From NCBI GenBank assembly GCA_964489875.1, contig CAZAZW010000001.1, forward strand, positions 183,816-247,815: a DNA stretch of 64,000 nucleotides, read 5' to 3'. The stretch's first letter is position 1. Each line of letters starts with the position of its first letter. The notes beneath the pieces were generated by a model. It ran no database searches and was not told where the DNA came from. It saw only the letters and a program-made list of their open reading frames with translations. The DNA is from an uncultured Gammaproteobacteria bacterium. GTDB lineage: Bacteria > Patescibacteriota > Microgenomatia > Daviesbacterales > UBA10151. The translations under genes were made by a program, and so were the position numbers. This document shows, piece by piece, positions 9,075-17,292 of this stretch.

Positions 9075-10010
9075 TCATACCCCACAACCCCCTCCTTGAC
9101 CACCGACTCCTGGTACTGATTGCACTGCTTGTTTAATACGCTGTGCCCCCTGAGCAGAAGAGTAACTGGCCGATAAAGCTGACTTAGGATCAACATCTTT
9201 CCATTTAGTACCTTGCTTGTCAAAATACACTGCCATGTCTACATAATTTTGCGGGAACCAGAAAGAATTAAATGCCAACAGATCCTTATAAATCTGGTTC
9301 TCTGGCAAACCATTATATACAGCCCACTCAATATAGCCCAAAGCTGCCATACCATGATTACAATCAGGAAAGGCTGTGGAGTTGCCGCAACAAGGACGAA
9401 ATACATTCTCTGCAATTCTTTTAACTAATTCTTGTTGTTCATCAGTTAAAGGAATAATTGTTGCAGAAGAGTAAAGCTCCATGGCAGGTTTAGCGCCCAA
9501 AGTCCAACCGGCAGTAGAGGCAAAATTAGCGGTTGGATTCCCACCCGTTCTCATAGGACCGGCGTCCAAAACTTTGCTTTTTTGAACCAAACCCAAAGCC
9601 CATAAAGTATTAACCATAAATCGGGAATTTTTTTCATTAATAGTAATGTTTTCGTCAAAGTTACCGTCTAAATATTTCATATGGTCTTTCCCATCTGCCT
9701 CTGAAACAAAAATTTCTTCATATTTCTGTTTATCAATTGCTCCCACCTCAACCAGTTGCTTCCCTAAATCTTTCCATTTTAGGGCTGTTTTATAACCTGC
9801 TTGTGGCAATACTTCCTGTTTTAAAACAGCCACTAACTCTTCTGGGCTTTGGGTGGTTTTAGCAAGTTCACTTAAATTCTTTTGGATTTCTTGCCTTAAA
9901 AAATAATATTGGGCAAACCCCATCACCATAGTGGAATTTAAAACAATTAAAATAACCATCCATAAAGGCACTACTTTACTTAAGATTCCTAGGGCTTTTC
10001 CTTTTTTCAT
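9075..10010 (-). CDS. Membrane-anchored extracytoplasmic Cys-rich protein (unknown function)
   Basis: 311 aa with an N-terminal TM anchor, the motif RPCCGNSTAFPDCNHGMAALG, and a Gly-rich C-terminus GVGGQGGGCGV. Confidence 0.5.
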   Translation of the reverse strand: MKKGKALGILSKVVPLWMVILIVLNSTMVMGFAQYYFLRQEIQKNLSELAKTTQSPEELVAVLKQEVLPQAGYKTALKWKDLGKQLVEVGAIDKQKYEEIFVSEADGKDHMKYLDGNFDENITINEKNSRFMVNTLWALGLVQKSKVLDAGPMRTGGNPTANFASTAGWTLGAKPAMELYSSATIIPLTDEQQELVKRIAENVFRPCCGNSTAFPDCNHGMAALGYIEWAVYNGLPENQIYKDLLAFNSFWFPQNYVDMAVYFDKQGTKWKDVDPKSALSASYSSAQGAQRIKQAVQSVPGVGGQGGGCGV

Positions 10011-10012
10011 AA

Positions 10013-10513
10013 TTATTTATCTTTAACCACTACCCCTTTTAAAGAAAACTCTATCTTTGGGTTTTGAATATCATTTGTTTCAAGCGAAATCAACCTTTCA
10101 ACCGGTCCTACACCTGTCGGACCATGAAAAGCCGGATCAAAAATAACCAGAAGCTGTGCTTCTTTTCCCGGAGCCACTTGGCCAACCCAACCGGAAGTTG
10201 GGTGCATACTAAAATAAGGACTCCCTTTACCATCTATTGTAACCTGAGCTTTAGTACAGGTGCAAGAAGTTTTTACTCCGCTAAGTTGCAACACCCCGGT
10301 ACCGGTATTTTTTATAGTAAAAGTTTTGGTAGCATTGCCACCGCTGTAGGGGATATTACCCCAATCAAAAGTTCTCTCGGGAATTTCTACTTTGACATTT
10401 TGTGAGGGAGTAACTTGAGTCGAAGTAGCGGTGCTACTTAAAAAGTATACTCCGCCACCTAATATCAACATTGTCAGTACAATAAGTCCGATTATAATTT
10501 TTTTGTCAGCCAT
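10013..10513 (-). CDS. DUF1573 domain protein (membrane-anchored, Ig-like fold)
   Basis: 166 aa. TFDWGNI...FTIKNTGTGVLQLSGVKTSCTCTKA matches the DUF1573 pattern (F.F.N.G...L.I..V..SCxCT). Confidence 0.7.
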   Translation of the reverse strand: MADKKIIIGLIVLTMLILGGGVYFLSSTATSTQVTPSQNVKVEIPERTFDWGNIPYSGGNATKTFTIKNTGTGVLQLSGVKTSCTCTKAQVTIDGKGSPYFSMHPTSGWVGQVAPGKEAQLLVIFDPAFHGPTGVGPVERLISLETNDIQNPKIEFSLKGVVVKDK

Positions 10514-10518
10514 AGATC

Positions 10519-10788
10519 TTAATTACTTTTCTTGAAAACATTCATAATTTCTTTTATGGAAGCATCTGCTTCACCGTTTTTAATGTGGTCAACCACACAA
10601 GTTTTAAGATGGTTTTCCAAAACTACACCGTCAGCTTCTTCCAAGGCCCGCTGAATAGCTTGGGATTGATGAATTACATCAATACAATATTGTCCGGTTT
10701 CAACCATCTGGATCACTTTTTGCAGATGCCCTTTGGCAATTTTCAGCCGGTGTAATATTCGCTCCTGAGTATCTTTTGGTCTGTACAT
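10519..10788 (-). CDS. csoR: CsoR/RcnR-family metal-sensing transcriptional repressor (Cys-His-Cys signature, copper type)
   Basis: 89 aa. RLKIAKGHLQKVIQMV...YCIDVIHQSQAI...HLKTCV carries the C-H-C ligand pattern of CsoR. It is the first gene of the cop operon. Confidence 0.85.
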   Translation of the reverse strand: MYRPKDTQERILHRLKIAKGHLQKVIQMVETGQYCIDVIHQSQAIQRALEEADGVVLENHLKTCVVDHIKNGEADASIKEIMNVFKKSN

Positions 10789-10791
10789 TAA

Positions 10792-10838
10792 ATCCCCCTA
10801 TAGGGGATATAATATCCTAAATAGGGAAGTGATGTCAA
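10792..10838 (-). promoter_or_regulatory. Sigma70-type promoter overlapped by a candidate CsoR operator
   Basis: On the minus strand, TTGACA (10838-10833), an 18-nt spacer, then TATTAT (10814-10809). Directly downstream is the inverted repeat ATCCCC-N5-GGGGAT (10792-10808), whose core CCCCTATAGGGG is a perfect 12-bp palindrome. It ends 4 nt before the csoR ATG. Confidence 0.6.
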
Positions 10839-10856
10839 ATATTAAAATGAGGATTC

Positions 10857-11669
10857 TTAAGAAAGCAATACTCCGCCGTCGACTACAATTTGGCTGCCGG
10901 TCATGTATGAAGACATACCTGAAGCCAAAAATAGGGCAACTTTACCGATTTCATCCGGTTCCCCCATCCTGCGCATGGGAATTTTAGCTAGGAAAGCTTC
11001 CATCATCTTAGGCATGTCAACTCCTTGAGGTACCGGCATCTCTTTCTGTAGGTGTTCCACCCCCGGGGTTAAAATTCCACCAGGAGCTATGGCATTTACC
11101 CAAATTTTATGCGGAGCCAACTCTAAAGCGACATTTTTGGTAAACCCCCATACCCCGTGTTTTGAAGCATCATAATGGGCTAAACCCACGGACGAAGGAT
11201 GCAGAGCATCAATAGAGGTAACGTTAATAATCTTGCCACCCCGACCCTGTTTTATCATCTGCTCTGAAACGTACTTTGTACAAAGAAAAACCCCTTTTAA
11301 ATTAACTGCCAGTACTTTTTCAAAATCCGAGAGAGTCATCTTTGAAACAGGAATATTCGGATAAATCCCGGCATTATTAACTAAAATATCAACCGAGCCG
11401 GAATCCGAGACTACCTCCCCCACCAGTCTATTTACTTCCTCCTCATTTGAAACATCAACTCCTGCCCCTTTGGCTTTCCAACCTTTTGCTGTTAAATCTT
11501 TGGCAGCTTTATCTGCTTCTTCCTTATTCAAATCCGCAACCACCACACTAGCTCCTACCTCTGCCAAGCGATAGGCTATCCCCAAACCAATCCCATTGGC
11601 CCCACCCGTCACGATTGCCACTTTTCCGGAAAGATCTAACAATTTTCTTATTGGTAGAATATCAGTCAT
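10857..11669 (-). CDS. Short-chain dehydrogenase/reductase (SDR) family oxidoreductase
   Basis: 270 aa with TGGANGIGLG (TGxxxGxG) and the catalytic YDASKHG (YxxxK). Confidence 0.85.
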   Translation of the reverse strand: MTDILPIRKLLDLSGKVAIVTGGANGIGLGIAYRLAEVGASVVVADLNKEEADKAAKDLTAKGWKAKGAGVDVSNEEEVNRLVGEVVSDSGSVDILVNNAGIYPNIPVSKMTLSDFEKVLAVNLKGVFLCTKYVSEQMIKQGRGGKIINVTSIDALHPSSVGLAHYDASKHGVWGFTKNVALELAPHKIWVNAIAPGGILTPGVEHLQKEMPVPQGVDMPKMMEAFLAKIPMRRMGEPDEIGKVALFLASGMSSYMTGSQIVVDGGVLLS

Positions 11670-12316
11670 TTTTTCAGCTCCTCAGCTACCGCAGTGCTTA
11701 AATCATCAAAACTTCTTAAGTTTAGCTTTCGTCCATTGATAAAAAAGGTCGGCGTGGAATTGACTCCTAAACGCCGTCCTTCAGCTGTATCCTCTTCAAC
11801 TCTCAATCTCAAATTACTTTCTGTAACAGCTTGCTTAATTTTGTCCTCATCCAATCCCAACCCCTTAGTCAATTCTAGAAAGAACGCAGTCGCATCGTTC
11901 TCACTCATACCAGACCATTTCTCTTGAGTCTCAAAAAGTTTCTCATGCATTTCCCAAAACTTACCCTGCTCCCCGGCAGCTTCCGCAAAATACGCCGCCT
12001 GTTTTCCATATGCATGTTGAGGAAGAGGAAAATGGCGGTAAATAAATTGCACATCTTTCGGATAATCAGCTCGAACTTTTCTGACTGCTGGTTCAGCAGC
12101 CTGACAGGCTGGACACTGAAAGTCGGAAAATTCCACCAATTTTACCTTGGCGCTATCGCTACCAATCTTCTGTCCTTTAGTATAATCAATTTGTGAAACA
12201 GAAGTTCCGGTAATACCTGAAGAAGACCCTCCGCGACTTAAAAAAAATACACCACCAAACAAAAGTACTGCTGTTAGAACTAAAACTATTCCTAAAATTT
12301 TGGTTTCAGTTGTCAT
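11666..12316 (-). CDS. Membrane-anchored DsbA-family thiol:disulfide oxidoreductase
   Basis: 216 aa with an N-terminal TM helix, the active site FQCPACQ (CPxC) and a thioredoxin-like fold. Its stop overlaps the SDR start by 4 nt. Confidence 0.8.
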   Translation of the reverse strand: MTTETKILGIVLVLTAVLLFGGVFFLSRGGSSSGITGTSVSQIDYTKGQKIGSDSAKVKLVEFSDFQCPACQAAEPAVRKVRADYPKDVQFIYRHFPLPQHAYGKQAAYFAEAAGEQGKFWEMHEKLFETQEKWSGMSENDATAFFLELTKGLGLDEDKIKQAVTESNLRLRVEEDTAEGRRLGVNSTPTFFINGRKLNLRSFDDLSTAVAEELKK

Positions 12317-12734
12317 GTGGTTTTCGGGTAAACAGAAGGCTTCCTAAAATCCCCAGCGATATAATAAACGATAATACGCACCAAAAGCAATAAGCCCCAA
12401 TTACAAAAGCTTCCAGATATGTAAGATATACACCAAAACCTACACCCATAACAGCTACTAGAAGCTGTAATTTTCTGGCTAATTTCTTAGGTAAATCATG
12501 GGAATGAACTACTGAAAGTATTGCCATTGTGAGGTAAAAAATAATTCCCAAGAAAGGAATAGAGATTCCTAAAAAACTGGAATATGGACTGGCACGGACA
12601 ATATCACAACCTTTACCAGTGGGACAAATGATCGTACCAGTAATATTGTATTCATAAAATAAAAAGGAGGCTACCAGAAGTCCCAGTAAACTTAAAACAA
12701 AAATTATCCGGTTAGATAGCTTAGATGAAATCAT
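12306..12734 (-). CDS. Vitamin K epoxide reductase (VKOR) family protein
   Basis: 142 aa with four TM helices, loop cysteines (CPTGKGC) and a CxxC (CFWC) in the last TM. It overlaps the DsbA-like gene by 11 nt. Confidence 0.75.
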   Translation of the reverse strand: MISSKLSNRIIFVLSLLGLLVASFLFYEYNITGTIICPTGKGCDIVRASPYSSFLGISIPFLGIIFYLTMAILSVVHSHDLPKKLARKLQLLVAVMGVGFGVYLTYLEAFVIGAYCFWCVLSFIISLGILGSLLFTRKPHDN

Positions 12735-13720
12735 TTTCCCTTCATCCGCAATACCTGCACTGCAGCTTTAACAATTGCTTTTTCTGTTAAACCGAATTTT
12801 TCCATCAATTCATTAGGTGGCCCTGATTCCCCAAATCTATCTTCTATGCCGATAATCTTAAGCGGCACTGGAAAATTTTGAGACAAAACTTCTGCCACTG
12901 CTCCTCCTAAACCACCAATAGCCTGATGCTCTTCTGCTGTTACAACTGCTCCGCATTCTTCTGCAGCTTTCAGAATTACTTGTTTATCCAAAGGTTTAAT
13001 AGTGTGGCAATTTATTACTCGAACAGATATTTTGTGCGACTTTAGCTCTTCAGCAGCCAGCAAGGCTCTATAAACCATCTGGCCGGTAGCAATAACTGCC
13101 ACATCCTTACCGCCGTAATACACCTCTGCCTTACCTATCTCAAAATGAGTCTGCTGGGTAGTTACAACAGGTATTTTTTCTCTGGATAGTCTGATGTAGC
13201 AGGGTTTAGGAAGCCGGGCCGCTGCAACAGTGGCTTTCCTGGCTTCAATTGAATCCGTGGGAGAGATAACTATCATATTCGGTAAACTCCGCATCAAGGC
13301 AATATCTTCTAAAGCTTGATGCGTCGCGCCATCTGGTCCGACACTAACACCTGCATGGGATCCAATCACCTTAACCGGGACATCGTTATAACAAATAGTA
13401 GTTCTAATTTGTTCCCAATTTCTACCCGGGGAAAAAGTAGCATACGAGGCAGTAAAAGGGATTTTTCCCGCCAGCGCCATTCCGGCTGCTACGGTAACTA
13501 GGTTTTGTTCCGCTACTCCAACTTCCACAAATCTTTCCGGGAATTTTTTAGCAAAAGCATCCATTTTGGTAGATTCAGTTAGATCTGCGCAAAGTGCCAC
13601 TACCTGCTCGTTTTCTTCCCCTGCCAAAACTAATCCCTCGCCAAAACCGCTTCGTGACGGCACCAGCTCGATATCAGGATCAAAAAGTTTCGGATTTAAA
13701 TATGCTTGTGGGTTAATCAT
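12731..13720 (-). CDS. Transketolase, C-terminal subunit (pyrimidine-binding plus C-terminal domains)
   Basis: 329 aa with EQNLVTVAAGMA and GPDGATHQALEDIALMR. It forms a split-tkt arrangement with the upstream ORF. Confidence 0.9.
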   Translation of the reverse strand: MINPQAYLNPKLFDPDIELVPSRSGFGEGLVLAGEENEQVVALCADLTESTKMDAFAKKFPERFVEVGVAEQNLVTVAAGMALAGKIPFTASYATFSPGRNWEQIRTTICYNDVPVKVIGSHAGVSVGPDGATHQALEDIALMRSLPNMIVISPTDSIEARKATVAAARLPKPCYIRLSREKIPVVTTQQTHFEIGKAEVYYGGKDVAVIATGQMVYRALLAAEELKSHKISVRVINCHTIKPLDKQVILKAAEECGAVVTAEEHQAIGGLGGAVAEVLSQNFPVPLKIIGIEDRFGESGPPNELMEKFGLTEKAIVKAAVQVLRMKGK

Positions 13721-14558
13721 TTTCTTTAAGCTCTGCTAAAGCTAGTTTAGCTTCCTCCTCATTAGGTGGTTTACCATGCCATTCATATTTATTCTCCATA
13801 AAACTAACCCCTTTCCCGGGGATGGTATGGGCAAGAATTAAGGTAGGTTTTTCAAAAATAGCCTTTGCTTCGTCGAAAGCTGCAATAATCTCTTGCATAT
13901 TATGACCGTCAATTTCAATAACGTGCCAGTTAAAAGCTTCATATTTTGCTTTCAAATCATCAAGCGGCATGATATCTTCAGTAAACCCGTCAATCTGGAT
14001 ATTATTGCGGTCAAGCACAGCTGTTAAATTATGCAGTTTATTCTTCCCGGCTAACATAACGCCTTCCCAGGTATTCCCCTCATCCTGTTCTCCGTCTGAC
14101 ATCAAGCAAATGACGCGCCATTTGGCGTTGTCCATCCGACCAGCCAAAGCCAAACCCGTCGCTTGCGATAATCCAGATCCTAAGGGTCCGGATGTAGTTT
14201 CCAGGCCCGGCAGGGAACCCCGGTGGGGGTGACCTTGTAACCTACTGTCAAGCTTGCGAAGAGTCTTAAGTTCGGAAACAGGAAAATAACCGACCCGAGC
14301 CATGGCGGCATATCGCACCGGGCAGATATGGCCGTGAGAGAGTATCAATCTATCACGCTCACCCCAGTCCGGCTTTGCCGGATCATGGTTTAAAATATGA
14401 AAGTAAAGTGCAGTAAAGATATCCGCCATCCCCAAAGGGCCGGCAGAATGGCCGGATTTAGCCTCAACTAACATCTCGATAATATCCTGGCGGATGATAT
14501 TGGCTGTGTCTTCTAATTTATGGATCTCCTGAGCTGAAAGCGACATAAAACTAATCAT
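13713..14558 (-). CDS. Transketolase, N-terminal (thiamine-diphosphate-binding) subunit
   Basis: 281 aa with GHSAGPLGMADI, LILSHGH and the GDG-like SDGEQDEGNTWE. Confidence 0.9.
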   Translation of the reverse strand: MISFMSLSAQEIHKLEDTANIIRQDIIEMLVEAKSGHSAGPLGMADIFTALYFHILNHDPAKPDWGERDRLILSHGHICPVRYAAMARVGYFPVSELKTLRKLDSRLQGHPHRGSLPGLETTSGPLGSGLSQATGLALAGRMDNAKWRVICLMSDGEQDEGNTWEGVMLAGKNKLHNLTAVLDRNNIQIDGFTEDIMPLDDLKAKYEAFNWHVIEIDGHNMQEIIAAFDEAKAIFEKPTLILAHTIPGKGVSFMENKYEWHGKPPNEEEAKLALAELKEND

Positions 14559-15178
14559 ATACTAAAATCATCTGTAATTGCTTTAATATGCGTGTGTTGT
14601 CCTTGTTTTAGCTCCTCTTCGAAATCTAATATTGCTTGTAAAACAGCTTCCACATTATCCACAATCTTATAAACCTCCAGTTCTTCCGGCCGCAATATCA
14701 TATTATCCTTAAATGCTTGGATTATTTTTTCCCAAAATTTGCCATATAAAATTAACGGTTTATGGTGACCAAAATAAAGCTTTGCCAACCCCCAAGCCAT
14801 TCCAAATTCAGAAATAGTTCCGGTCCCGCCGTTAAAAACTACATAAACCTGACCTTCTTTCAAAAGAGTTAGGGTTCTCTCTAAGTAATTTTTTGTCTTT
14901 ATCTCTACATCCACCTTATTGCGGGGATCCCTTCCTTCAAAATGCATCCTTTCATTGCCCTCAAAAGTTACTCCAATAACTCTGCCTCCGCCGGCTTTTG
15001 CTCCTAAACTCGCCGCCCTCATTACTCCCGGGCCACCTCCGTCAACTAATGCATAACCTGCTTCTGCCAATCTCTTGCAGACCTCAAAAGTCTCCTTGTA
15101 TAACTGGCTCTTCTCGTCTGTATGGGATGAGCCAAAAATAGCTACTTGGTTTATTGATTTTGCCTTTAAATTATCCAT
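14555..15178 (-). CDS. LOG-family (TIGR00730) Rossmann-fold nucleotide-binding protein
   Basis: ORF 14555..15214 with GGGPGVMRAASLGA and GGTGTISEF. The internal ATG at 15178 (MDNLKAKS) is the likely start. Confidence 0.75.
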   Translation of the reverse strand: MDNLKAKSINQVAIFGSSHTDEKSQLYKETFEVCKRLAEAGYALVDGGGPGVMRAASLGAKAGGGRVIGVTFEGNERMHFEGRDPRNKVDVEIKTKNYLERTLTLLKEGQVYVVFNGGTGTISEFGMAWGLAKLYFGHHKPLILYGKFWEKIIQAFKDNMILRPEELEVYKIVDNVEAVLQAILDFEEELKQGQHTHIKAITDDFSI

Positions 15179-15815
15179 TGATTTTTTCCCAGAGATTCTC
15201 CAAATTCTCATCAATATTACCTTTCAAAAGATAAGAACCAATTGTTAACTGATCTACGCCTGCATCAATAATTTGTTTAGCGTTGGTGTCTGCAACTGCC
15301 CCGTCAACCGAAATTCTAACCGGCCAATTCAACTGCTTTAAAGCTCTTATCTTATTAAGAGCCTCCGGTAGAAATGGTTGGCCTTGAAATCCCGGGACGA
15401 TTGCCATTATCAGCACTAAATCTATTTTATCCTTAAATGGCTCTAATTTTTCAACTGGAGTATCAATATTTAAAGCGACTCCAACCTCCATTCCTAGTGT
15501 TTTTATTTTATTAATACACTCCGAAATATCATCTTTTGATTCATAGTGGAAAATAACCCTTTTGAAACCGGTCTCTTTAAGCTTATATATCCACTTGAGC
15601 GGATGAGCCACCATCAGATGTGCTTCTTTATTAAGAGTGTTAGGGTCTTTGGCAATAGTATCTATATCAATCGTTCCATTTTGAACAAATTCATTATCCG
15701 CGAAGTCAATATGTACCCAACCTTCTTTAAAAGATGCAGAACCTCTTAGCTGCTCCATATGATTTGTAAAATCTTCAGGAGTTTTATCTAATATGGCCGG
15801 GATAATCTGAACCAT
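15171..15815 (-). CDS. rpe: Ribulose-phosphate 3-epimerase
   Basis: 214 aa. It begins IIPAIL, then HIDFADN, has HLMV, then GFQGQPF and VDGAV. Confidence 0.85.
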   Translation of the reverse strand: MVQIIPAILDKTPEDFTNHMEQLRGSASFKEGWVHIDFADNEFVQNGTIDIDTIAKDPNTLNKEAHLMVAHPLKWIYKLKETGFKRVIFHYESKDDISECINKIKTLGMEVGVALNIDTPVEKLEPFKDKIDLVLIMAIVPGFQGQPFLPEALNKIRALKQLNWPVRISVDGAVADTNAKQIIDAGVDQLTIGSYLLKGNIDENLENLWEKING

Positions 15816-16318
15816 TATATTGTTTCTTCAATTTTTTTGATTTTTTCGATTCGCCTTACATGCCGCACATCACCATTGAAAGGAGATTTTAACCAAAGAT
15901 TAATAGCTGCTAGCGCATCTTCTTCTTTTAAAATCTTTGCCCCAATCGACAACATATTTGCGTCATTGTGTTCACGCGTCAAACGAATCATCTCTAAAGG
16001 ATTTTCGCTCATTCTACCTGTTACATCCACGTTATGGGAAGGGGTACACGGTGTATAGAAAACTACAGCTCTCACGTTCTTAAACTTATTAGCTAACATG
16101 GCCTCGCCCTGGCCGGAACTGCCAAATATAATCCCTTTGCTACTCGGATCCTTTGAGACAGCTTCTGCTGCTTTAGAAATAAAATCAGGATAATCATCAT
16201 CTTTATCGTACCCATATGCCCCATAATCTTCTACCTCATAACCCCCCACTTTCAGTAATTCCTTAACTTTTTCTTTTAGCTCAAAGCCTGCGTGGTCGGT
16301 GGCAAGATAGACTTTCAT
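15815..16318 (-). CDS. rpiB: Ribose-5-phosphate isomerase B
   Basis: 167 aa with an RpiB/LacAB-type N-terminus MKVYLATDHAGFELKEKV. It is the first gene of the pentose-phosphate cluster. Confidence 0.85.
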   Translation of the reverse strand: MKVYLATDHAGFELKEKVKELLKVGGYEVEDYGAYGYDKDDDYPDFISKAAEAVSKDPSSKGIIFGSSGQGEAMLANKFKNVRAVVFYTPCTPSHNVDVTGRMSENPLEMIRLTREHNDANMLSIGAKILKEEDALAAINLWLKSPFNGDVRHVRRIEKIKKIEETI

Positions 16319-16493
16319 TGAAGATACTATATCACAAGTTATTCTCTTAACGAAGCTCGTATTTCCAAGAAGCTTGATCTAGTTTGTACTACTTGACCAA
16401 GCTTAAGAATATTTGATATAAAAAATATGGTTATCGAAAGATAGCTTTTCAAGAAAACTCGCCTTGCGCGAGTTTTTTTGTGGTAAAATATAA

Positions 16494-16668
16494 CTGTTCT
16501 TTCGGGGATTTGTGTAAGTCAAAATCGGCAGTAAACTCTGCGACCCCGCACCGTCTGGTGCAGGGACGAACTGGTGAAAATCCGGTAGCGACCGTACAGT
16601 CGGGATGAAAGAAAGAATATTACACCACATGTGGTGTTGTAACCAAAATCCCCGAGAGGGGATTTTTT
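16494..16668 (+). promoter_or_regulatory. FMN riboswitch (RFN element) with intrinsic terminator
   Basis: The P1 halves are TTCTTTC (16497-16503) and GAAAGAA (16608-16614). Conserved blocks are TTCGGGG, AATCGGCAGTAAACTCTGCGACC, CTGGTGAAAATCCGGTAGCGACCGTACAGTCGGGATGAAAGAA. The terminator is AAAATCCCC-GAGA-GGGGATTTTTT at 16645-16668. An extended -10, TGgTAAAAT, sits at 16481-16489. Confidence 0.9.
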
Positions 16669-16713
16669 AGACCGTTTTACGGTCGCAAGGTTCTCGCAAA
16701 GCGAGGTTCTTAA

Positions 16714-17292
16714 ATGTTTACAGGAATAATTACAAATTTAGGGAAATTGACTAAAAAAGAGGCTGCTGTTTTTACATTTAGTACTGACCAGGATTTCTGC
16801 AGGAAAATTAAAAAAGGCACGAGTATTGCTATCAATGGAGTTTGCCTGACAGCCCTCAATCAACCAACCAAAACTCACTTTTCTATCGAGGTCATGCCTG
16901 AAACACTTGATAAAACAACATTAGGCTATCTTGAAGTAGGTGATTTAGTCAACCTGGAACTACCTGCCACACTCACCTCACTTCTGTCCGGCCATATTGT
17001 CCAGGGCCATATTGACGGCACCTCAAAACTGCTGGATATTAAAACCCGGGGTAGTAGCCGAATCTTAAAGTTCTCCACTTCCCCTGCTTTCTCAAAATAT
17101 ATAATCCCAAAAGGATCAATTACCATAAATGGAATCTCTTTAACTGTAATCGAAGCAAGAAAAGACTGCTTTACTGTTGGCATTATCTCCTATACCTGGA
17201 ACAATACTATGCTCCACACCATGAAAATTGGTAGTTTTACAAACATCGAGGTTGATATTTTAGCAAAGTATTTAGAAAGGCTTTTAAAATGA
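16714..17292 (+). CDS. ribE: Riboflavin synthase
   Basis: 192 aa starting MFTGII, with a duplicated lumazine-binding repeat (GVCLT and GISLT). Confidence 0.9.
   Translation: MFTGIITNLGKLTKKEAAVFTFSTDQDFCRKIKKGTSIAINGVCLTALNQPTKTHFSIEVMPETLDKTTLGYLEVGDLVNLELPATLTSLLSGHIVQGHIDGTSKLLDIKTRGSSRILKFSTSPAFSKYIIPKGSITINGISLTVIEARKDCFTVGIISYTWNNTMLHTMKIGSFTNIEVDILAKYLERLLK

Noticed and set aside
16453-16478. A hairpin AAAACTCGC-CTTGC-GCGAGTTTT followed by extra Ts lies just upstream of the rib promoter. I considered it as a terminator.
   Set aside because: No plus-strand gene lies upstream for it to terminate, and on the minus strand the T-run is poor. It may insulate the divergent rpiB and rib promoters, but I cannot support a function.
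16403-16630. 75-aa minus-strand ORF between rpiB and ribE.
   Set aside because: The FMN riboswitch on the plus strand fully explains the region, and the translation has no protein-like features.
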